Assembly (NCBI GenBank): GCA_963666205.1
Contig: OY762654.1
Location: 832,001-896,000, forward strand
Direction of reading: 5' to 3'
Source: Synergistales bacterium
GTDB lineage: Bacteria > Synergistota > Synergistia > Synergistales > JAFGMB01
Length of the DNA: 64,000 bases
Shown: one piece after another, positions 59,418 through 64,000 of the stretch
Layout of the letters: every line of letters begins with the position of its first letter
How positions within the stretch are numbered: position 1 is the stretch's first letter
Translations under genes and position numbers: made by a program
Notes under the pieces: generated by a model
The model's database searches: none
The model's input: the letters and a program-made list of their open reading frames with translations, nothing else
Told to the model about the DNA's origin: nothing

Positions 59418-60671
59418 ATGCTGAAAGAACAGATCTATGAACTGGGGAAAAAGGCCAGAACTGCATCCAGGGTTCTGGCTACGACTTCAACACAAATGAA
59501 AAATGAAGGTTTGACAGCAATGGCCGAAGCACTAAGAGTCCATAAAGAGGAAATATTATCAGCTAACAGACTCGATCTTGAAAATGGTCGCAGGGCTGGC
59601 CTTCCGGAACCAATGCTGGAGAGACTTCTTCTGAATGAAAAACGCATAGATGAAATGGCTTACGGGCTGGATAAAACAGCCGACCTCAAGGACCCGGTAG
59701 GCGAGGTGCTTGGTGCATGGAAAAACCGGCAGGGTCTAGAGATCGGCAGGATAAGAGTTCCCCTGGGAGTAATAGGGATTGTCTATGAGTCAAGACCCAA
59801 TGTTACTGCGGATGCTGCAGGGCTATGCCTCAAATCAGGTAATTCAGTGATACTCAAGGGAGGAAAGGAAGCCATCAACTCCAATCGTATCATAGCATCT
59901 ATCATAGGTAATGCCGCCGGATCAAGGGGTATTCCGGAGGGATCTATTCAGTTCATTGACAGTACCGACAGGGAATCAACAGCTATCCTCATGAAAATGA
60001 ATAAACATCTGGATGTCCTTATACCAAGGGGAGGGAAGGGGCTTAAGGGAGCTATTCAACAGAATGCCACTGTTCCTGTAATAATGACAGGGATGGGAAT
60101 ATGCCATATTTTCATCGATGAATCTGCCGACATGCCCATGGCAGTCAATATAGCAGTCAATGCAAAGGTCTCCAGACCATCCACCTGTAATTCTGCGGAA
60201 ACACTACTCATACATGAAAAATGTGCTGAAGCTCTTCTTCCCTCTGTCGCAAAAGCTTTAGAAGAAAAGGGCGTTGAACTCAGAGGAGATGAAAGGGCAA
60301 GAAGCATCTGTCCCGGGATGAAGATAGCATCCGGGGAGGATTGGGCAACTGAATATCTTGATCTAATTATGTCAGTTAAAATTGTAAAAGACCTGGAGGA
60401 AGCTTGTGACCATATCAACACATATGGCACCGGACATAGTGAAGCCATAATCACAGAAAATTACACCAGTTCAAGTCGATTTCTTCAAGCAGTGGACGCT
60501 GCAGCGGTTTATGTCAATGCCTCCACCCGTTTTACTGACGGCGGAGAATTCGGCTTTGGAGCAGAGATGGGTATCAGTACCCAGAAACTTCATGCAAGGG
60601 GACCCATGGGACTGGAACAGCTTACGTCCGTAAAATACATCATCAGAGGGCATGGACAGATAAGGGAATAA
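59418..60671 (+). CDS. proA: Gamma-glutamyl phosphate reductase
   Basis: VPLGVIG.VYESRPNVT, LKGGKEA, IPRGG, CNSAE, NASTRFTDG, STQKLHARGP. Confidence 0.96.
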   Translation: MLKEQIYELGKKARTASRVLATTSTQMKNEGLTAMAEALRVHKEEILSANRLDLENGRRAGLPEPMLERLLLNEKRIDEMAYGLDKTADLKDPVGEVLGAWKNRQGLEIGRIRVPLGVIGIVYESRPNVTADAAGLCLKSGNSVILKGGKEAINSNRIIASIIGNAAGSRGIPEGSIQFIDSTDRESTAILMKMNKHLDVLIPRGGKGLKGAIQQNATVPVIMTGMGICHIFIDESADMPMAVNIAVNAKVSRPSTCNSAETLLIHEKCAEALLPSVAKALEEKGVELRGDERARSICPGMKIASGEDWATEYLDLIMSVKIVKDLEEACDHINTYGTGHSEAIITENYTSSSRFLQAVDAAAVYVNASTRFTDGGEFGFGAEMGISTQKLHARGPMGLEQLTSVKYIIRGHGQIRE

Positions 60672-60695
60672 ACATAAAGAGGGGAGGCGTAAAGT

Positions 60696-61952
60696 TTGGA
60701 CCCTCTAAGGGAAAAGATAGTAAAAGATCCGATGATATGGAAATTCTGTGCCTATGGATTCCTGAAAAATCTCAAACTCTTTGAACCCTATCTTCTTATA
60801 TACCTTATGGGTCTTGGACAGGATCTCTTCTCCATAGGCATCCTCTACTCTATAAGGGAGACAGTGACGTATTTTTTAGAGATACCTTCCGGAGTCCTTG
60901 CCGATAATTACGGAAAAAAAAGGGAACTTATGGCCTGCTTTGTTTTTTACATTATTTCTTTCCTTCTCTTTTTTATTGGTTCCGGTTTTTCCGTACTAGC
61001 ACTTGCCATGGTATTTTTTGGACTGGGTGAGGCATTCCGGTCCGGCACGCACAAGGCAATGATATATTCATACCTGGAAACAAAGGACTGGTTCCATGAA
61101 AAGACCTTTGTCTACGGAAGAACAAGGTCATTCTCCCTGATAGGATCCTCCATGTCAGCATTTATTTCTATTATTTTCGTGCTTAAACTCCCCAGCCTTC
61201 GGTGGATCTTCCTGATATGCACCATCCCCTATATCCTGGACTTCCTTCTCATATGGTCTTATCCTGCTTTCCTGGATGAAAGGCAGGAGACCCCTTTCAG
61301 TTTTTCTTCCTTCTTCACCATGACCTTTGAAAGACTGTTTTCGATCATTAAAAGACCTGTGTTGAGGAATATCCTACTGAGCTCTGCCATTTTCGATGGC
61401 CTTTTCAGGACAATAAAGGATTACATTCAGCCCATTCTTGTCCTTCTTTTTCTTTCATCTTTACTCATGAACGACTCCCCTGAAGGTAATGAAACAATGG
61501 TGAAAGTATATCTTGGAATTCTTTATGGAGTTTTTTATATTTTCAGTTCCATTGCTTCCCGGAATGTCTATCGCCTTCATAAAATAGGATCATCTTCTAC
61601 CCTTATGAACTTCTCATTTACCCTGCTCGGCATTATGTTCATTTTACTTTCATTCTCTATTTCGAATAAGATGGCTATTACTGTACCATGTCTTTACTTT
61701 ATCCTCTATGTAATGAAGGACGCCAGGAGACCAATATTCATGGATATATGCGGTAACTGGATGGAGAGGATGGAGAGAGCCACTGTATTGTCTCTTGACA
61801 GCCAGATCCGGTCCGTGGTGACCATATTAACTGCACCCTTAGCAGGGTGGATCTCGGACAATTTATCTCTGGGAAGTACCTTTCTCTTCCTGGGAATATC
61901 AATTCTGATAATGGAAAGGTACCTTCACATTAGAGAAAGAACCCCTCTATAA
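60696..61952 (+). CDS. MFS transporter
   Basis: About 12 TM segments; EIPSGVLADNYGKK, GEAFRSGT, RATVLS. Confidence 0.88.
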   Translation: MDPLREKIVKDPMIWKFCAYGFLKNLKLFEPYLLIYLMGLGQDLFSIGILYSIRETVTYFLEIPSGVLADNYGKKRELMACFVFYIISFLLFFIGSGFSVLALAMVFFGLGEAFRSGTHKAMIYSYLETKDWFHEKTFVYGRTRSFSLIGSSMSAFISIIFVLKLPSLRWIFLICTIPYILDFLLIWSYPAFLDERQETPFSFSSFFTMTFERLFSIIKRPVLRNILLSSAIFDGLFRTIKDYIQPILVLLFLSSLLMNDSPEGNETMVKVYLGILYGVFYIFSSIASRNVYRLHKIGSSSTLMNFSFTLLGIMFILLSFSISNKMAITVPCLYFILYVMKDARRPIFMDICGNWMERMERATVLSLDSQIRSVVTILTAPLAGWISDNLSLGSTFLFLGISILIMERYLHIRERTPL

Positions 61953-62096
61953 CTGTATATGAACATTAAACACATTCTACCAATTCCTTACAGTAATGGT
62001 AGAATGAGAATTGAGGTCTGATCTACTTTCCTCCAGTAGATACCTTATTTCAGAATAACAGGTTGAGACAAAAAGACCTTCAAGGAGTATCTTGCG

Positions 62097-64000
62097 ATGA
62101 AATGGAACCTGGATGAAAATGTAAACCCTTCTTCCTCTATTGTAGAACCTGGCATTCCTGCAGATGGCACTATTTCATGCAACCATACGATCTACCCGAA
62201 TATAAGCGCCCCTTATCATACTGAGGAATACTTCGAAACCCTGTTGAAAGAACTTCCGGATGGAGTCCTCATAACTGACCCCCATGGGAAAATACTGCGA
62301 GGAAATGAATCATTTTATGCCATGTTCGGGTACTGTGAAGAAGATATAATTGGAAGATATATCCACGAGATCATGCCTGACTCCCATATTCAACAGGAGA
62401 TCCTTTCAAATTTCAGGAAACTTGCAAAAGCAAAACTGGATAAGGTTGAAGCGATAAGACAAAATAAAGACGGCTCTTTTCTTGAGGTTATAGTCCATGG
62501 CGGCCCCATAATGCACGAAGGGGTAATACAGGCGGTCTTTATAATTTATATGAATATCAGTGGAAGGAAAAAAGTAGAACGAACTCTTAAAGAGAGCCAG
62601 GAAAGATTCGCCATAGCCATAGAAGCAATCAATGAAGGCCTCTGGGACTGGAATCTTCTGACCGATGAAGTCTATTTCAGCCCAAGGTATTATACTATGT
62701 TGGGGTATGAACCTGGAGAATTCCCTCCTCTCCTTGGATCATGGGTAGAACTTCTCCACCCCGAAGACAGGGAAAAAGCCCTGACCGTAAACGATTTTTA
62801 CAAAAAGAATAAATCGGAAACCTTTGAGATAGAATTCCGTCTTCGCAAAAAGGACGGAAGCTGGCTCTGGATCCAGGGAAAAGGAAGAGTTGTAAGCCGC
62901 GGCGAAGATGGCACCCCCATCAGGATGGTTGGAACCCATGCAGATATCTCTGAACGCAAAAAGGCTGAAGCAGTCATAATAGAGAAAGAAGAATTCAGTT
63001 CAAGCCTTCTGGAACATGCTCCCCACCCCATAGTTGTATATGAACCAGATCTGTCCATAAAATATGTCAATCCTGCCTTCATAGAACTGACAAGGTACAC
63101 CGAAGATGAACTGATAGGCATTAGACCTCCTTTCCCATGGTGGCCAGATGACCATTCAGAATATCTTACTCTTCTGCATAGATCTATGGGAGGATCCAGC
63201 AGACTTGAGATGGTCTTCTTTACAAAGGATAGGACTCCCTTCTGGGTAGATCTTGCACCAAAAGCTGTCATATTTCAGGGAAATATCAGGTATTACCTTT
63301 CCAACTGGGTGGACATAACGGAAAGGGAAAAGGCCAGCCAGGACCTCGAGACAGAAAAACGCTACTGGCAGCAGCTTTTTGAAAACTCACCTGAAGGTAT
63401 CGTCCTTTTCGATAGCGAAGATCGGGTTCTCCGTGCAAACAGGACCTTCTATAATATTTTTGGTTACGATGAGCAAGAAGTTCTGGGCCAGATTATCGAT
63501 GATCTTGTCGCGGGCCCTGAAGACTATTACAGTAAGGCCAGGGAATATTCCCGCTCTGCACGAAATGGGGAAAAGATCTCCATGGACACGATCCGTTTCA
63601 GGAAGGACGGAACACCCATTAACGTTTCCATCTTGGGAGTCCCCCTTAAAATGAGTGACGGGACCTCCTTCGGATACGGGATATACAGGGATATCACTGC
63701 CCGAAAAAAAATTGAAGAAGCACTGGATATAGAACATAAATATCTTCTCAATCTCTTTGAAGGGGCGCCAGAAGGCATTGTCCTCTGCGATAAGGATCAG
63801 ATAGTGATAAGGGCTAACCGGGCTTTCTGCAATCTGTTCGGATATACCTGAAAGGAAGTGCTTGGAAGAGCTCTTGATGAGCTAGTTACGAATAGCGAAA
63901 AAAGATTCAATGAAGCCGTATCCATAACAGAAAGGGTGAAAAATGGAGAATTTCTTCAAATGGATACAGTCCGTAACCGAAAGGACGGTACTGAAATACC
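62097..64000 (+). CDS. Multi-PAS sensor protein with in-frame TGA at 63849-63851; runs off the window
   Basis: Five PAS/PAC repeats (N..F..MFGY, WDWN..HPED, RKDG, DIT.RK); the frame stays open and PAS-like after the TGA. Confidence 0.8.

Noticed and set aside
63849-63851. Selenocysteine codon
   Set aside because: It aligns to a variable non-Cys PAS position and no convincing SECIS hairpin follows
1-64000. CRISPR arrays, tRNA/rRNA, IS elements or a REP family
   Set aside because: No spaced direct repeats, RNA-gene signatures or transposases seen by eye; the hairpins do not share sequence

Overview
A gene-dense window of core and accessory chromosome from an anaerobic, amino-acid-fermenting bacterium; the repertoire suggests Synergistota (inference). 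I found no rRNA, tRNA, CRISPR array or transposase. Main contents in order: (1) a DUF6305-like protein, DctM-like permease, 47-aa microprotein, M14 peptidase and GGT operon running into pgsB/pgsC; (2) zupT, rlmN and feoAB; (3) a ~18 kb minus-strand catabolic locus opposite a LysR gene, with two YgeY-like M20 hydrolases (one with a degenerate active site), two fold-II PLP enzymes, glyA, two D-aminoacylase-like hydrolases, a TRAP transporter, a GC-rich fhs-folT-folD block and a dihydropyrimidinase; (4) hflKC, pepF, a TAXI-TRAP pair, hsp20 with CtsR-like boxes, trkAH and rubrerythrin; (5) an operon of two Ddl-like ATP-grasp ligases, a GNAT and a GNAT-deacetylase fusion, preceded by an unannotated SpeFL-like leader ORF overlapping a terminator; (6) an orphan GEMM-I riboswitch carrying the G20A change typical of c-AMP-GMP sensors; (7) alaE, an orphan betaine-type binding protein, proBA, an MFS transporter and a multi-PAS sensor with an in-frame TGA. 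All family calls come from motif recognition, not database searches.
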